Shown: positions 1-14,856 of the stretch, in pieces
How positions within the stretch are numbered: position 1 is the stretch's first letter
Layout of the letters: each line of letters opens with the position of its first letter
NCBI GenBank assembly: GCA_963727485.1
Contig: CAVSGM010000001.1
Span: 960,001 to 1,024,000 of the forward strand
Length of the DNA stretch: 64,000 bases
Direction: 5' to 3'
From: an uncultured delta proteobacterium
GTDB taxonomy: Bacteria > Myxococcota > Myxococcia > SLRQ01
The notes under the pieces: model-generated
The model's input: the letters and a program-made list of their open reading frames with translations, nothing else
Told to the model about the DNA's origin: nothing
Database searches by the model: none
Translations under genes and position numbers: made by a program

Positions 1-502
1 ACGCCAAGGCTTAGGGGCGCCAGCGGGCCGGCACGCTGGGCGATCCAGGGTTCGGCGAGCATGGCGAAGGCGGCGTCGGCGAAGCGCCCGGTGGACTTCT
101 CGCAGTGGCCCTGCTTGACGGTGTAGGTGGTGTCGCCGCGCCGGAAGGCGGTGGTGGGCGCCAGGAGGGCCCAGGCCCGGGCGAGTCCGCCGGCGCTCCG
201 GGCCCGGTGCACCTGGACGTGCCGGCCGCCGGTGACCGCCTCGTAGTCCTGGCGCCCCGAGCCGTAGGGCGAAAGGTCGAAGTGCACCAGGTGCACGGTG
301 GTCCCGGCTGGGAGGTCGTCGTCGGCCCGGGGGGGCCGGCGTCGGGGCCGCTGCCCCCATCGGTCTCGGCGGCGACCCCGCCATCGGCGGTGGCCACGAC
401 CCCACCGTCGACCGCAGGCGCGGGCGCGGGCGACGCCGGCGGCGCCGGACGGCTGCAGCCGGCGACGAGGCAGAGGGCGGAGAGCAGGATCAGCCGTCGC
501 AT
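1..502 (-). CDS. Putative lipoprotein, runs off the window edge; probable frameshift in G7 run near 329-335
   Basis: Signal peptide with lipobox (LVAGC) and Pro/Ala/DGG linker. After the homopolymer, the GC3-rich frame switches to ADDDLPAGTTVHLVHFDLSPYG..., open to position 1. Confidence 0.6.
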
Positions 503-557
503 GGCCGACCCCTATCAGCGCCCTGGCGGCGGGTACAGGGCCGGCCCGCCCCCGGTG

Positions 558-1607
558 TCACGGCCCGGTGGTGTTGCAGTCCACCGGCGGCATCGCCGCG
601 ATCCACGCCTTGATCAGCGCCACGCCCTGGGTGTCCACGGTCTGGGTGGGCATCTCGGGCATCTTCACCTCGGGGTCGGTGGAGCTCATCCGGAACACGA
701 TGACCGAGTGGTCCGGGTCGCCGGGCACCAGGGTGAACTGGAAGCCGCCGGTGCCACGCCCGGCGGAGTTTGGCGTCTTGCACTCGCCGGTCTGGCCGCC
801 AAACGGCGTCTCCAGGCGCAGGTCGAGGCCGCTGGACTCGGCGGCGCCCCCGGGGCTGTGGCAGTGGGCGCAGTTGGCGTCGAGGTAGCCGCGGGCCCGG
901 TCGTTCAGCGGGAGGCTGGTGTCGTAGGGCGGCGCCAGGGTCTCCCGCTGGTCCACGGGGGGGATGTCGCCCTTCAGGGTGCCCAGCTTCACCATGTGGT
1001 CGATCTGGTTGACCGGCCCGCTGCCGTAGTCGTTGTCCCGGTTGAGCTCGCGGGTGCGGGGCCCGAGGGGATGGAAGACGTGGTCGGTGCTGTGGCACTT
1101 GGTGCAGTCGTTGTTGTCGGGCACCCGGTAGTCGAGCTTCTGGGTCTTCCCGTCGGCGTCGATCCAGGTGGCCGGGAGCAGGTCGCCGGCGATCTCGTGG
1201 ACCGCCTGGGTCTGGGCGTCGTTCCACACGTAGGTGTTGCCCGTCCACTTGCCGCCCTGCTTGATGATCAGCCGGGTTTCCAGAAGGCGCTGGCCCTTCG
1301 CCGGGTCCCGGTAGTCCTTGAGGTAGGCGAAGGTCTTCACCAGGATGGTCCCGTCGGGCCACTTCCACTGGCCGGTGGGGTCGTAGGTGGCGTGCTGACC
1401 CTTGGGCACCTTGATGAACCGGTACTTCACCGCCTCGTCGGCGTAGAGGACCGCGTTGACCTCGTAGGGCATGACGCCGTCGGCGGGGAGCTGCTTCACC
1501 GCGTCCTTGAACAGCCCGTAGTCCGCCAGGGTGGGGTAGGGGATCTTGCCGGGTCCGCAGGCGGCGGCGAGGACGAAGAGCGACGAGAGGGCGGCGAGGC
1601 GGCGCAC
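558..1607 (-). CDS. SO2930-like diheme c-type cytochrome lipoprotein
   Basis: Lipobox LAAAC; two CxxCH motifs (CTKCH, CAHCH); LYADEAVKYRF, LLETRL, GYLDANCAHCH, KMPEM; paired with a beta-helix gene. Confidence 0.85.
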   Translation of the reverse strand: MRRLAALSSLFVLAAACGPGKIPYPTLADYGLFKDAVKQLPADGVMPYEVNAVLYADEAVKYRFIKVPKGQHATYDPTGQWKWPDGTILVKTFAYLKDYRDPAKGQRLLETRLIIKQGGKWTGNTYVWNDAQTQAVHEIAGDLLPATWIDADGKTQKLDYRVPDNNDCTKCHSTDHVFHPLGPRTRELNRDNDYGSGPVNQIDHMVKLGTLKGDIPPVDQRETLAPPYDTSLPLNDRARGYLDANCAHCHSPGGAAESSGLDLRLETPFGGQTGECKTPNSAGRGTGGFQFTLVPGDPDHSVIVFRMSSTDPEVKMPEMPTQTVDTQGVALIKAWIAAMPPVDCNTTGP

Positions 1608-1617
1608 GACAGGACTC

Positions 1618-2877
1618 CTAGAAGCTCACCGGCGGCAGCGACGGATGGGTGCAGGTGACCTCGGTGATGTCCGTGGTCCTCGCCGAGGTCGGCTGGCCGT
1701 AGGCGAAGTCGAGGTAGGTGGCGCCGCCGTTGTTGTGGAAGCAGTTGGTCAGGTGCCCGTCGCTGTTGTCCTTGGAGGGATCGGTGACCCCGTCCCAGAT
1801 GATGTCGGTCAGCGGCGTCGTCCCCACCAGCGCCACCGCCACGTCGGCGGGCTGGTCGCCGTTGGCGGTGAAGGTGTTGTCGTGGGTGTAGTTGCCCTCG
1901 GGATAGGGGTCGTAGCTGGGGTCGTCGTACTTGCGCCCGCTGATCTCGAAGTTCACCAGGCCGATGCCCATCGACTGGTTGCCCTTGATGGTGTTGTCGA
2001 AGATCTCGTTGTTCTTCGAGCCGAAGACCAGCATCCCCGTCCCCGACGGCACCAGGCCCACGATGTTCCCCTGGGGCGCGAAGTTTTCCCCGTTGTTGCT
2101 CTCGATGCGGTTGTGGAAGACCCGGGCCCGGCCGCTGGTCTTCACGTCGAGGTTGGGCAGGGCGAAGACCAGGACCCCCCCGGCGTTGTCGTGGCTGTAG
2201 TTGTCGTGGACGTCGGCGTCGACCGAGTTCTCCACCTCGATGCCCGCGACGTTCTCGTAGGCCTCGTTGTGGGTGATGAAGATGTGGTTCGACTGGCCCA
2301 CGTAGACCCCGGTGTCCGAGGCGCCGAAGGCGGTGCAGTGGTCGACGATGACGTTGGTGGAGAGCACCGGGTAGAGGGCGTAGCCGCCGTTGTCGGCGTT
2401 GCGGCCCCGGCGCCACCCGGCCTTCACGTACTTGAAGGTGATGTCCTTGACCTTGTCGGCGCGCAGGGCGTCGCCGGCGGTGTCGTAGACCGCCAGGTCC
2501 TCGACGGTGATGCCGTTGCCGGTGATGGCCAGGCCGTTGCCCCCGCGGACCTGGCCGGAGAAGTCGAGGAGGGTGGTCGGCTCGCCGGCGCCGTACTGCG
2601 GCGGGGACTTGGGGGCGGTGGCGCCGTCGGCCGTGTAGCCCTTCACCGTGACGTTGTCGACGGCCAGGGACACCTCGTCGGTGAACTTGAAGGTCCCCTT
2701 GTCGAAGCACACCGTGTCGCCAGGCTTGGCGTCGATGAGGGCGGCCTGGACCGTCTTCTGGTCATTGGCCCCGGGCTCGAGCACCGTGGTGCAGCCCTTG
2801 AAGGCGGGGTTTCCGCAGCCGGCGCCGGTAACCAAGAGGGCGCCGCCGAACAGGATCAGGATGCCTCGGCGAACCAT
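1618..2877 (-). CDS. Parallel beta-helix repeat lipoprotein (partner of the diheme cytochrome)
   Basis: Lipobox GAGC; PbH1-like repeats (YALYPV, GASDTGVYVGQS, NVAGIEVENS, NAGGVLVFALP, NFAPQGNIVG). Confidence 0.85.
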   Translation of the reverse strand: MVRRGILILFGGALLVTGAGCGNPAFKGCTTVLEPGANDQKTVQAALIDAKPGDTVCFDKGTFKFTDEVSLAVDNVTVKGYTADGATAPKSPPQYGAGEPTTLLDFSGQVRGGNGLAITGNGITVEDLAVYDTAGDALRADKVKDITFKYVKAGWRRGRNADNGGYALYPVLSTNVIVDHCTAFGASDTGVYVGQSNHIFITHNEAYENVAGIEVENSVDADVHDNYSHDNAGGVLVFALPNLDVKTSGRARVFHNRIESNNGENFAPQGNIVGLVPSGTGMLVFGSKNNEIFDNTIKGNQSMGIGLVNFEISGRKYDDPSYDPYPEGNYTHDNTFTANGDQPADVAVALVGTTPLTDIIWDGVTDPSKDNSDGHLTNCFHNNGGATYLDFAYGQPTSARTTDITEVTCTHPSLPPVSF

Positions 2878-3033
2878 GGACGTGTCTCCTCCCTAGAAGG
2901 CGCGCCCCCCTGGGCCCGCGTGCGGGCGAAAGTATTGCACACGGATTCTGATCCAGGCCAGGGAACCGATGGCCCGCCCCCCGGTCGGGGGACCATTGGA
3001 AGTCCGGGGCGGCCGGCCCTATACCTGTGGCCC

Positions 3034-4239
3034 ATGAGCCGATGGCTTTCCTTTGGGATCTTCCTCGCCGTGGCCCTCGGCCTCATCGGCGCCTGGCACT
3101 GGTACCTGTGGCTGCGGCTGGTGCGCGACCCGGGCTGGGGGCCCTGGCCCACGCGCCTGCTCACGATGGGCATCATCGCCCTGGCGCTGCTCCTGCCGCT
3201 GGGCCTCATCGGCGGGCGCCTCCTGCCGCCGAGCCTGGCCCGGCCGCTCGGCTACCTCTCGTATGGGTGGATGGGCCTCGGCTTCGTGCTCCTGGTGCTG
3301 GTCGCCGGCGCCGACGTCCTCCGGCTCCTGGGCTTCGGCGCCGAGCGGGTGTGGGCGGCGGTCTCGGGTCCCGAGCGGGGCCTCGTCGATCCCGGGCGGC
3401 GGCTCTTCTTCTCCCGTTCGTTGGCGGTGGTCGCCGGGGTCGGCGGGGGGCTCACCTCGGTGGCCGGTGTCTACAGCGCCTTCGACGGAGTGCGCCTCCC
3501 CGAGGTGCCGGTGAAGCTCCCGCGCCTCCCCGCCGCCCTCGAGGGCTTCACCCTGGCCCAGCTCTCGGACATCCACGTGGGCCCGGTCATCGGCCAGGGC
3601 TTCCTCGACGACATGATCGAGAAGACCAACGCGCTGAAGGCCGACGCCATCGTCATCACCGGCGACCTGGTCGACGGCAGCGTCAGCCACCTCAAGCACA
3701 TTGTCGCCGACCTCCGCCGCCTCGAGGCCCCCCACGGCGTCTTCTTCGTCACCGGAAACCACGAGTACTACTCCGGCGCCGACGAATGGTGCGCCTACCT
3801 CGAGTCCATCGGCATCCAGGTCCTCGACAACGCCTACGTGCCCGTCGGCGACACCGGACCCGGGGGCGCCACCTTCGACCTCGCCGGCATCCCCGACCCC
3901 ACCGCCCGGCGGGTCCTCGGCCCCACCCGCGCCCCGGACCTCGCCCGGGCGCTGACGGGTCGCGACCCCGACCGGGAGCTGGTGCTCCTCGCCCACCAGC
4001 CCAAGCAGATCGACATGGCCGTCCCCCAGGGCGTGGGCCTCCAGCTCTCGGGCCACACCCACGGGGGGCAGATCTGGCCCTTCGGGGCGCTGGTGGCCCT
4101 GGACCAGCCGTGGATCGCCGGGCACCACCGCCGGGGCGACACCCAGATCTACGTGAGCCGGGGGACGGGGTTCTGGGGTCCGCCGATGCGCGTGGGGGCG
4201 CCGGCGGAGATCGCGAAGATCGTGCTCACCCGCGGGTGA
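3034..4239 (+). CDS. Membrane-anchored metallophosphoesterase (YkuE-like)
   Basis: N-terminal TM helices; DIH, GDLVD, GNHEYY, LAHQP, SGHTHGGQ motifs. Confidence 0.92.
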   Translation: MSRWLSFGIFLAVALGLIGAWHWYLWLRLVRDPGWGPWPTRLLTMGIIALALLLPLGLIGGRLLPPSLARPLGYLSYGWMGLGFVLLVLVAGADVLRLLGFGAERVWAAVSGPERGLVDPGRRLFFSRSLAVVAGVGGGLTSVAGVYSAFDGVRLPEVPVKLPRLPAALEGFTLAQLSDIHVGPVIGQGFLDDMIEKTNALKADAIVITGDLVDGSVSHLKHIVADLRRLEAPHGVFFVTGNHEYYSGADEWCAYLESIGIQVLDNAYVPVGDTGPGGATFDLAGIPDPTARRVLGPTRAPDLARALTGRDPDRELVLLAHQPKQIDMAVPQGVGLQLSGHTHGGQIWPFGALVALDQPWIAGHHRRGDTQIYVSRGTGFWGPPMRVGAPAEIAKIVLTRG

Positions 4240-4477
4240 GGGCGCCGGCCGGCGGAGATCCGGACGGCGCCTCCGTGGGGCGGGCAGGTTGATCCGGCGG
4301 ACATTCGGCTGCCGAGCCGGTCGCCGGCCCCCGCGTCGGCCGCCGGCGGGCGTGCCCGTGCCGTGATGCAGGCCCCGAGTGGCCCTGAGCCGTTGGAGGC
4401 AGGCCGGCCCCGCGCCACATGGCGCCGGCATCACGCCCGGTTCACGCCCGCCAGCAGTCGCCCGCCCCCCGGCCGGG

Positions 4478-5565
4478 TCACGATCCGCCGTCGGCGTCCA
4501 CCATCCCCGACGGCCCGGCCGCCCCGCCCATCCCCGGCGGCGCGCCAGCCCCAGACGCCCCGCCCGTGCCCACCGGCGGCGGCCCCGCCGGCGCCTCGAA
4601 GATCCTCCGCACCGGCGGCGGGACCTGGCCCTTCTGGGCCTTGGTGAGCCCATCGTAGACCTTCCGCCCCTCGACCCCGCGCCCGGCCTCGGCGAGCGCC
4701 AGCGCATACCGCCACTGGAAGGCGACCACCTGGGGATAGCGCTTCACCAGCGGCGCGAAGCGCTGGATCGACGCCTCGAAGTGGTGGTCCGCCAGGGCCT
4801 GGGTCGCCTCGTAGGCCTGCCACCCGGGGGACCACACGGGCCGCCAGGCGGCCAGGCCAAGCGCGAAGGCGAAGGCCACGAAGCCCGCGGTGGCGAGCCC
4901 GCGCCGGACGCCCCGGGAGGCGGCGACGGCGCCGATGAGCAGCCCGGTGACGGCGCCGAGCCCGTGGGCCCAGTTGGCCACCGGGAGGATGTCGAGCTTG
5001 GTGAGCACCACCGCGAAGAGGCCCCAGCCGGCGAGGATCACCGCGAAGGTCTTGGAGAAGAGCTGGCCGAAGGGCCCGCCGAGGGGTCGCAGCGCCAGGA
5101 ACCCGAAGAAGAACACCCCGTAGACCGCGCCGGAGAGCCCGATGGCCCCGGTCATCCCCAGGCCCGGGGCGATCATCTGCCCCAGGCTCCCGGCGACCCC
5201 GGTGACCAGCATCAGGGCCAGGAGCCGGGCGGTGCCGTAGCGCACCTCGATGAGGGCCCCGAGGTTCCACCACAGGGCCACGTTGAAGGCCACGTGGAAG
5301 AAGCTCCCGTGGAGGAAGACCGAGGTGATGAGCCGCCACCACTGCCCCTGCCACACCTGCATGGGGACCATGGCCCCGGCGTCGACGATCGCCGGATGCT
5401 GGGAGCTGTAGAGCCACAGGCCCCCGCAGAGGACGGTGATCGCCACCGTCCCCGGGGCCCACTTCCACCGCGGGGGCATCCGGCGCACCGGCTGGGACCC
5501 CTGGGGCGGAGCGCCGTCGGGGCCACGGGGTGCCTCGGGGGGCGTCTGGTCTTCGGGTCCGGGCA

Positions 5566-5566
<1 letters not shown>
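4478..5566 (-). CDS. Rhomboid family intramembrane serine protease with C-terminal TPR-like helices
   Basis: WRLITSVFLHGSFFHVAFN, GLSG (catalytic Ser), ANWAHGLG (catalytic His); start overlaps the stop of the upstream peptidase. Confidence 0.9.
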
Positions 5567-8343
<2,777 letters not shown>

Positions 8344-8491
8344 GGGAGCCTCCCGGGCAGGGGCGGACGGAGTGCCGCGACGACCTACTACGGCTGGCCC
8401 GCGGCCCGCATTTCACGGGTCGCGCCAACTTGCCTCCAGGCCGGACCCGGGGCAACCCCCGTGGTGGCCCGGCGCCGGCGCAGGCCCTGTC

Positions 8492-11054
8492 TCAGCCGCC
8501 GGCGCCGAGGCGCTCCAGGAACCCGGTCACCGACGCGTGCCCGGCCTCGCGCAGGGCGATGACATGGTTCGCCCGCTCCACTCCCTGGCGGATGGCCCGG
8601 TCGCCCCCGGGGACGGCCTTGCCGTCGAGGAACGCCCGCGCCGCGTCCCGGCCCTCGGGGGTGCGGAAGGCGCCGACGATGGTGCCGATGTGCACGAAGG
8701 TGAACTCGGGCTGCCGGCTGCGCACCGTGTCGAAGTGGGCCTGGAACCAGGCGAAGGTCTGGTCCCGGGTCTCCGGACGGGCCAGCCCGCTGCGGAACAC
8801 GTAGTAGAAGTCCTGGGCGCGCACCGCGTCGGTGAGGGTGAGCGCCAGGGCCGCGTCGAGGGGCTCGCCGACCGGGAGCAGGCCCAGGGCCCGGAGGGCC
8901 GCGAGGCGCTGCTCGGGGTCGGTGGCCCGGGCGAGGTGGGCCTCGAGGGTCTCGAAGGGCACCTGCCCGGCCCGGGCGGCCACCGCGAGGCAGGCGGCGG
9001 CGAGCTCCGAGGGGACGGACCCGGGGCGCGCCAGCTCGGCCTCGGCCCGGGCGAAGGCCAGCTCGCGGACCTTGGGATTGGCGGCGTGCTCGCCCAGCGC
9101 CCGCACCAGGGCCGGGCGGACGATGGTGTCGTCCTCGTCCTCGCCCTCGGCGGGATCGAAGCCCACCCGCTCCAGGTGCCCGGCGAGGACCCGCTCGGCG
9201 AGCGCCGCGAAGCCCGCGGTGCCCCGGACCTCCTCCCAGACGTCGGCGACGCGTCCGAGGCCCGCCACCAGCTCCTCGACCAGGGGCCGGGCGGTGGCCG
9301 CGCGGCTCTCCAGGAGCACCCGGAGGTAGGCGTCGGGGCCCCGGCGCCCGGCGGCGACCATGGCCCAGGCGTTGTCCAGGACCCCGAGGCGGCTGCGCAC
9401 GTCGAGGGCGTCCCCGGCGCCGGCGAGCGCCGCCAGGGCGTCCTCCGGGAGGTCCCAGCGGTAGTAGGACCACTCGCCGAGGTTGGGGTGGAGGGGGCCG
9501 CCCTGGGCGGGCACGGTCAGCGGCGTGTCCTCCAGGATCGCCCACGGCGCGTCGCCGCTCCCGGCGCGCACCGGGATCTTCCACCTCGCCCCCTCGGCGC
9601 TCGGGGGCTCGAGGCCCAGGAGCCCAAAGGGCGACTGGGTGAGCACCGCCTCGTCGCCCGAGGGCGCGACCGTCACCAGGGGCACCCCGGGCTGGTCGAG
9701 GAAGGCGTGGGCGACCCCGCTGACGTCCTGGCCGCTCTCCTGATCGAGGTGGGCGAAGAGGTCGGCGGCCGTGGCGTTCCCCCACTCGTGGGCCTTGAGG
9801 TAGGCGCGCACCCCGGCCTGGAAGGCGTCCTCGCCGATCCACCGCTCGATCATGGTGAGGAACGCCGCGCCCTTGAAGTAGGTGAGGTCGTCGAAGGCCT
9901 GCTCCGCCTCGCCCACGCTGGAGACCTCCTGGCGCACCTTGCGCGCCGCCGGGAGGCTGTCGGTGGCCATGGTCCGGGTGCGGATTCTGGAGCAGCTCCA
10001 TGCGCTGGTCGAACTTCGGCCGCCACAGGTCACAGGCCTTGGCCGCCATCCAGGTGGCGAACGCCTCGTTGAGCCACAGGTCCTCCCACCACCACATGGT
10101 CACCAGGTTGCCGAACCAGTGGTGGGCGATCTCGTGGGCCATCACCTCGGCGATGGACCGCTCGCGCGCCCGGGTGAGGGTCTTCTCGTCGGCGAGGAGG
10201 AGCTCCTCGCGGAAGGTGATGAGCCCGGCGTTCTCCATGGCCCCGGCGCCGAACTCGGGGACCGCCACCACGTCGAGCTTGGGGTAGGGGTAGGGCAGGC
10301 CGAACCAGTCCTCGAGGGTGGAGAGGATGCCGGGGATGAACGAGAGGGCCGTCCCCACCAGGCGCCCCTTGCCCTTGGGGGTGATGGCGCGGATGGGCAC
10401 CCGGGTGTCCTCGGCGCAGCGCACCACGTCGAAGGGGCCCACGGCGAAGGCCACCAGGTAGGTGGGCAGGGGCCGCGTGCCCTCGAAGCGCACGGTGGTG
10501 TGGCCGCCGGTGGTGTCGCGGGCGACCTCGGGGGTGTTGGCCAGGGCCTCCATGCCCTCGGGGACCAGGAGGGTCACCTCGTAGGGCACCTTGAACCCGG
10601 GCTCGTCGAAGCAGGGGAAGCACTTGCGGGCGTCGGCGGCCTCGAACTGGGTGAAGGCGTACCAGGTGCCGCCGTCCTTCACCCGGTAGAGGCCGGCGAG
10701 CTGGGCGTCGAAGGGGGCCTCGAAGGCGAGGTAGAGCTCGCACACCCCCTTGGGGAGCGCCTCGGGGAAGGCGAGGACGATCTCGCCGTAGCCGGGCTCG
10801 GCGCCTTGGCCCTCGGCGGCGGCGACGGTGGCCGGGTGGACCGAGCCGTCCTCGAGGCGGGCCTCGGCCCGGGCGATCTCCGGCCCGCGGGCGTGGAGGT
10901 GGACGCGGTCGGTCTCCACCGCCACCTCGAGGCGGATGGTGACCTCGCCGGAGAACCGCGGCTGGCGCGGGTCGACCTCGAGGACGAGGTCGTAGGCGAG
11001 GGGCGCGACGGTGCGCGGGAGGTGTCCGGGGATGCGGTCGGGCGTGGTGTCCAT
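8492..11054 (-). CDS. M1 family aminopeptidase, no signal peptide; frameshift at ~9985
   Basis: GAMEN, HEIAHHW...NEAFA, TYFKG. The two ORF halves join if GATTC 9983-9987 is read as GATC. Confidence 0.9.
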
Positions 11055-11171
11055 GGGAGGGGCACCCTGCGACGCCGCGGGCCGTCTGGCAAGGATCCGG
11101 TGACCGGTTGCTCGCAACCGGGCCGAGGACGCATATACTTCGCCGACCGGGTGAGGAGTGGGATTCCCCCT

Positions 11172-13809
11172 ATGTTCGAAGGCAGCGGCCACATGCAGCA
11201 TCGCCCGGAGCCCTCCAAGGGCCGCCGTCGGCTGGGCTCCCTCCGGGTCCGGCTGGCGGTCCTGGCCCTGGTGGCCGCGGTCCCCGGGGTCCTGGTGATG
11301 TCCTATGCGGTCACCCGGCAGCGGGCGGTCCTCGCCGACGCCGCCCGCCACGACGCCCTGCAGCTCTCCGAGCTCGCCGCCCGGAACCACGCCGAGGCCC
11401 TCGCCGGCGCCCGGGGCCTGCTCGTCGGCCTCGCCCACCTCCAGGTGATGCACCAGCCCGGGAGCCCGGTCTGCCACCGGTTCCTCGCCCAGCTCCTCAA
11501 GCACGATCACGTCTACCTGAACCTCGGCGTCATCCTCGACGGCAAGGTGGTCTGCAGCGGCCTGCCCCTCAAGGGGCCGGTGGACGTCTCCGATCGCAGC
11601 TACGTCAAGCGGGCCCTGGCGTCGGGGGCCTTCGCGGTGGGGGACTACCAGGTCGGGCGGATCTCGGGGCTGCCCGGGGTGGTCGCGGCGGTGCCCATCG
11701 ACCCCCGTCGTCGCCAGTCGAGCGCCCTGATCTTCGCCGCCCTGGGGATGGCGCCGCTGTCGAACCTCGCGGCCCGCACCGGGATGCCCCCGGGGACGGC
11801 GGTCACCCTGGTGGACGACCGGGGGGTGGTGATCGCCCGGCGGCCCGAGCCGGAGAAGTGGGTGGGCAACAACGTGTCCAAGGTCCCGGTGATCGCCACC
11901 GCCCTGGCCCAGCGTCGCGGCTGGGTCGAGGGCCGCCGCCTCGACGGGAGCCGGGGCATCGTCGCCTTCACCCCGGTGGACGAGGCGATCGGTGGGGCCT
12001 CGCCGGCGGTGGCCCTGGTGGGGGTGCCCCTCTCGGAGGTCTACGGGCCGGCGGACACCACCTTCCACATCGGCCTCGCCCTGATGGCGGTCGCCGCCCT
12101 CCTCTTGCTCCTCGGCGGCTGGGCGGTGGCCGAGGCGATGCTGGTCCGGCCCCTCACGGCCCTGGTCGGGGTCACCCAGCGCCTCTCCGGCGGCGACCTC
12201 TCGGCCCGCTCCGGACCCCGTCGCTTCCCTGGGGAGCTGGGGCAGCTCGCCGCCTCCGTGGACCAGATGGCCGAGGGGCTCTCGAGCCTGACCCGCGAGA
12301 ACAGCCTGCTCCTCGCCTCGGCGGAGGAGGGCATCGTGGGCCTCGACCCCGAGGGACGGGTGACCCTGGCGAACCCCGCCGCCGCCGAGATCCTCGGGCG
12401 GTCCCTCGAGGACCTGGTGGGCGCGCGCTTCCATGCGCTGGTCCACGAGGGCACCATCGGCGACGCCCCCCACGCCGCCGCCGACTGCCCGCTCCTCCGG
12501 CCCCTGGACCAGGGGCGGCCCCTGCGCCAGGCCGACGGGCGCTTCCACCGCGCCGACGGCACCCCGGTCCCGGTGGCCTGGACCGCCAGCCCCATCCGCG
12601 ACGGGGCGCAGGTCACCGGCGTCGCCGTGTTCTTCTCCGACGAGAGCGGCCGCCGGGACCTCGAGGGCCAGCTCCGCCAGGCCCAGAAGCTCGAGGCGGT
12701 GGGCCAGCTCGCCGGGGGCGTGGCCCACGACTTCAACAACCTGCTCACCGCCATCCTCACCTGCGCCACCCTGGTCAAGCAGCGCCTCCCCGAGGCCGAC
12801 GAGAACCAGGAGGACCTCGACGCCATCCTCCGCTCCACCGACCGGGCCTCGGGCCTCACCCGCCAGCTGCTGGCCTTCAGCCGCCGGGACGTGGTGAGCC
12901 CGAGGGTGCTGGTGGTCCCCGAGGTGGTCAGCGGCCTGGAGCGGATGCTCTCCCGGGTCCTCCCGGCGAACATCACCCTCGCCACCGAGGTCGCCGCCAC
13001 CGCCGGCCGGGTGCGCATGGACGAGACCCACCTCGAGCAGAATCCTCCTCAACCTCGCGGTCAACGCCCGGGACGCCATGCCCGGCGGGGGGACCCTGCG
13101 GATCTCGGTGGCGGCCTTCGAGGGGACGCCGGGGGGCCACCTCGGCGCGGCCGAGGGGCGCTACGTCCGCCTCACCGTCGCCGACGAGGGCACGGGCATC
13201 GACGCCGAGACGGTCAGCCGCATCTTCGATCCCTTCTTCACCACCAAGCCGGTGGGCAAGGGCACGGGCCTGGGGCTGTCGACGGTCCTGGGGATCATGC
13301 AGCAGATCCACGGCGACATCGTGGTCGAGACCCGGGAGGGCGTGGGCACCGCCTTCCACGTCTTCCTGCCCGCCACCGGGGACAAGGGCCTGGTCGCCGC
13401 GGCCGTCGACCGGTCCACCCGGGCCGGGGTGGGCACCGAGTCGGTGCTCCTGGTCGAGGACGACGCCGCGGTGCGCCCGGCGGTGCAGCGGGGCCTCGAG
13501 GCCTACGGCTACCGGGTCATCGCCGCCCCCGACGGCGAGACCGCCCTCGCCATCCTCCGCGCGCCCCCGGAGCCCCTCCACGTGCTGGTCACCGACCTGG
13601 TCCTCCCGGGCCTCGGCGGCGACGAGCTCGCCGAGCTGGCGGCGGAGACGGACCCCGCGCTCCGGGTGATCTTCGTCTCGGGCTACGCCGCCTCGGAGAC
13701 CTCCCGGCAGGTGGTCTTCGCCGGGGCGCCGTTCCTCCACAAGCCGTTCACCGTGGAGGCCCTGGCCCGGCGGATCCGCGAGGTCCTCGACGACGCGGCG
13801 GCGGCGTAG
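11172..13809 (+). CDS. Hybrid sensor histidine kinase (Cache-HAMP-PAS-HisKA-HATPase-REC); frameshift at ~13041
   Basis: Two TM helices, GGVAHDFNNLL H-box, ILLNLAVNARDAM N-box after restoring GATC, DPFFTTK, GTGLGL, C-terminal receiver. Confidence 0.92.
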
Positions 13810-13888
13810 CGTCCCGGCCGCGGAGGGCACCGACGGGCGTGCCTCGCGCGTTGCTCCCACGGGTCCGGCCCGGCTATGGTGGGAGACG

Positions 13889-14839
13889 ATGCCCTACGAA
13901 ACCCGGCTGGTCCGTCTCGCACTGATCCTGGCTTTCGCGGCGTCGTCGGGGATCCCCGGCGTCGCCCTCGCCGGCGGCGCCGCGCCGTCGTTCGGAAGGC
14001 AGGCACCGGCCGCGGCGCCCACGGCCCCCAAGAAGGTCGCGGTGATGGCGGTGCACACCACGGGCATCGAGAAGGGCGTGGGCTCGACGCTCACCGAGAT
14101 CCTCAACTCGGAGGTGGCCTCGGTGAGCCACCTGCAGGTCATCGGCTCCAGCGACATCAAGAGCCTGCTGGGCTTCCAGGCCCAGAAGCAGATGGTGGGC
14201 TGCACCGACGACTCGGCGTGCCTGGCCCAGATCGGTGGCGCCCTGGGCGTGGACCTGCTGGTCACCGCGCAGGTGGGCAAGGTGGGCAAGACCTACGTGG
14301 TGAGCGTGAAGCTCCTGCGGATCGACGAGTCGAAGGTCGAGGGGCGGACGTATGAGACGGTGAGGGGCGCCCTCGACGACGTGATCGGTCGGCTGAAGGC
14401 GGCGGTGCACACGGTGTTCGCCCAGGCGGGGTACCTGAACAAGCCGGCGGATGGGATCGCGGTGCAGATGAAGCCGCCGGCGCCCGAAGGGGCGGGCGGT
14501 GGCTGGCACGTCCCGGGGACGAGCTGGGGGCTGTGGGCGGGCGGCGCCCTCCTGGTGGTCGTCGGGGGCTTCATGGGCCTCCAGGCGAACCAGAGCTTCA
14601 AGCACGCCACCGACGCCAACTATCCCGGGGCGCAGAAGGATGCGGCGAGCGGAGCGCAGAGCCAGCTCTTCGCCAACCTGGGCTTCGGCGTCGGGGGGGC
14701 GGCGCTGGCGGCGGGGACGGTGATGCTCTTTGTCGACCACGGGGGCGCGGCGCCGGCGGACGGCGACACATTCATGACCTCGGTGACGCCGGTGGCCGGC
14801 CCCGGCGGCTTCGGCGCCGTGGCCACGGTGAGGTTCTAG
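13889..14839 (+). CDS. Exported protein with CsgG/TolB-N-like alpha/beta domain and hydrophobic C-terminal hairpin
   Basis: Signal peptide; KVAVM...LLGFQAQKQMVGC...CLAQIGGALGVD; paralogue of 21422-22381. Confidence 0.65.
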   Translation: MPYETRLVRLALILAFAASSGIPGVALAGGAAPSFGRQAPAAAPTAPKKVAVMAVHTTGIEKGVGSTLTEILNSEVASVSHLQVIGSSDIKSLLGFQAQKQMVGCTDDSACLAQIGGALGVDLLVTAQVGKVGKTYVVSVKLLRIDESKVEGRTYETVRGALDDVIGRLKAAVHTVFAQAGYLNKPADGIAVQMKPPAPEGAGGGWHVPGTSWGLWAGGALLVVVGGFMGLQANQSFKHATDANYPGAQKDAASGAQSQLFANLGFGVGGAALAAGTVMLFVDHGGAAPADGDTFMTSVTPVAGPGGFGAVATVRF

Positions 14840-14856
14840 CGGTGAGGGGCACGGTG

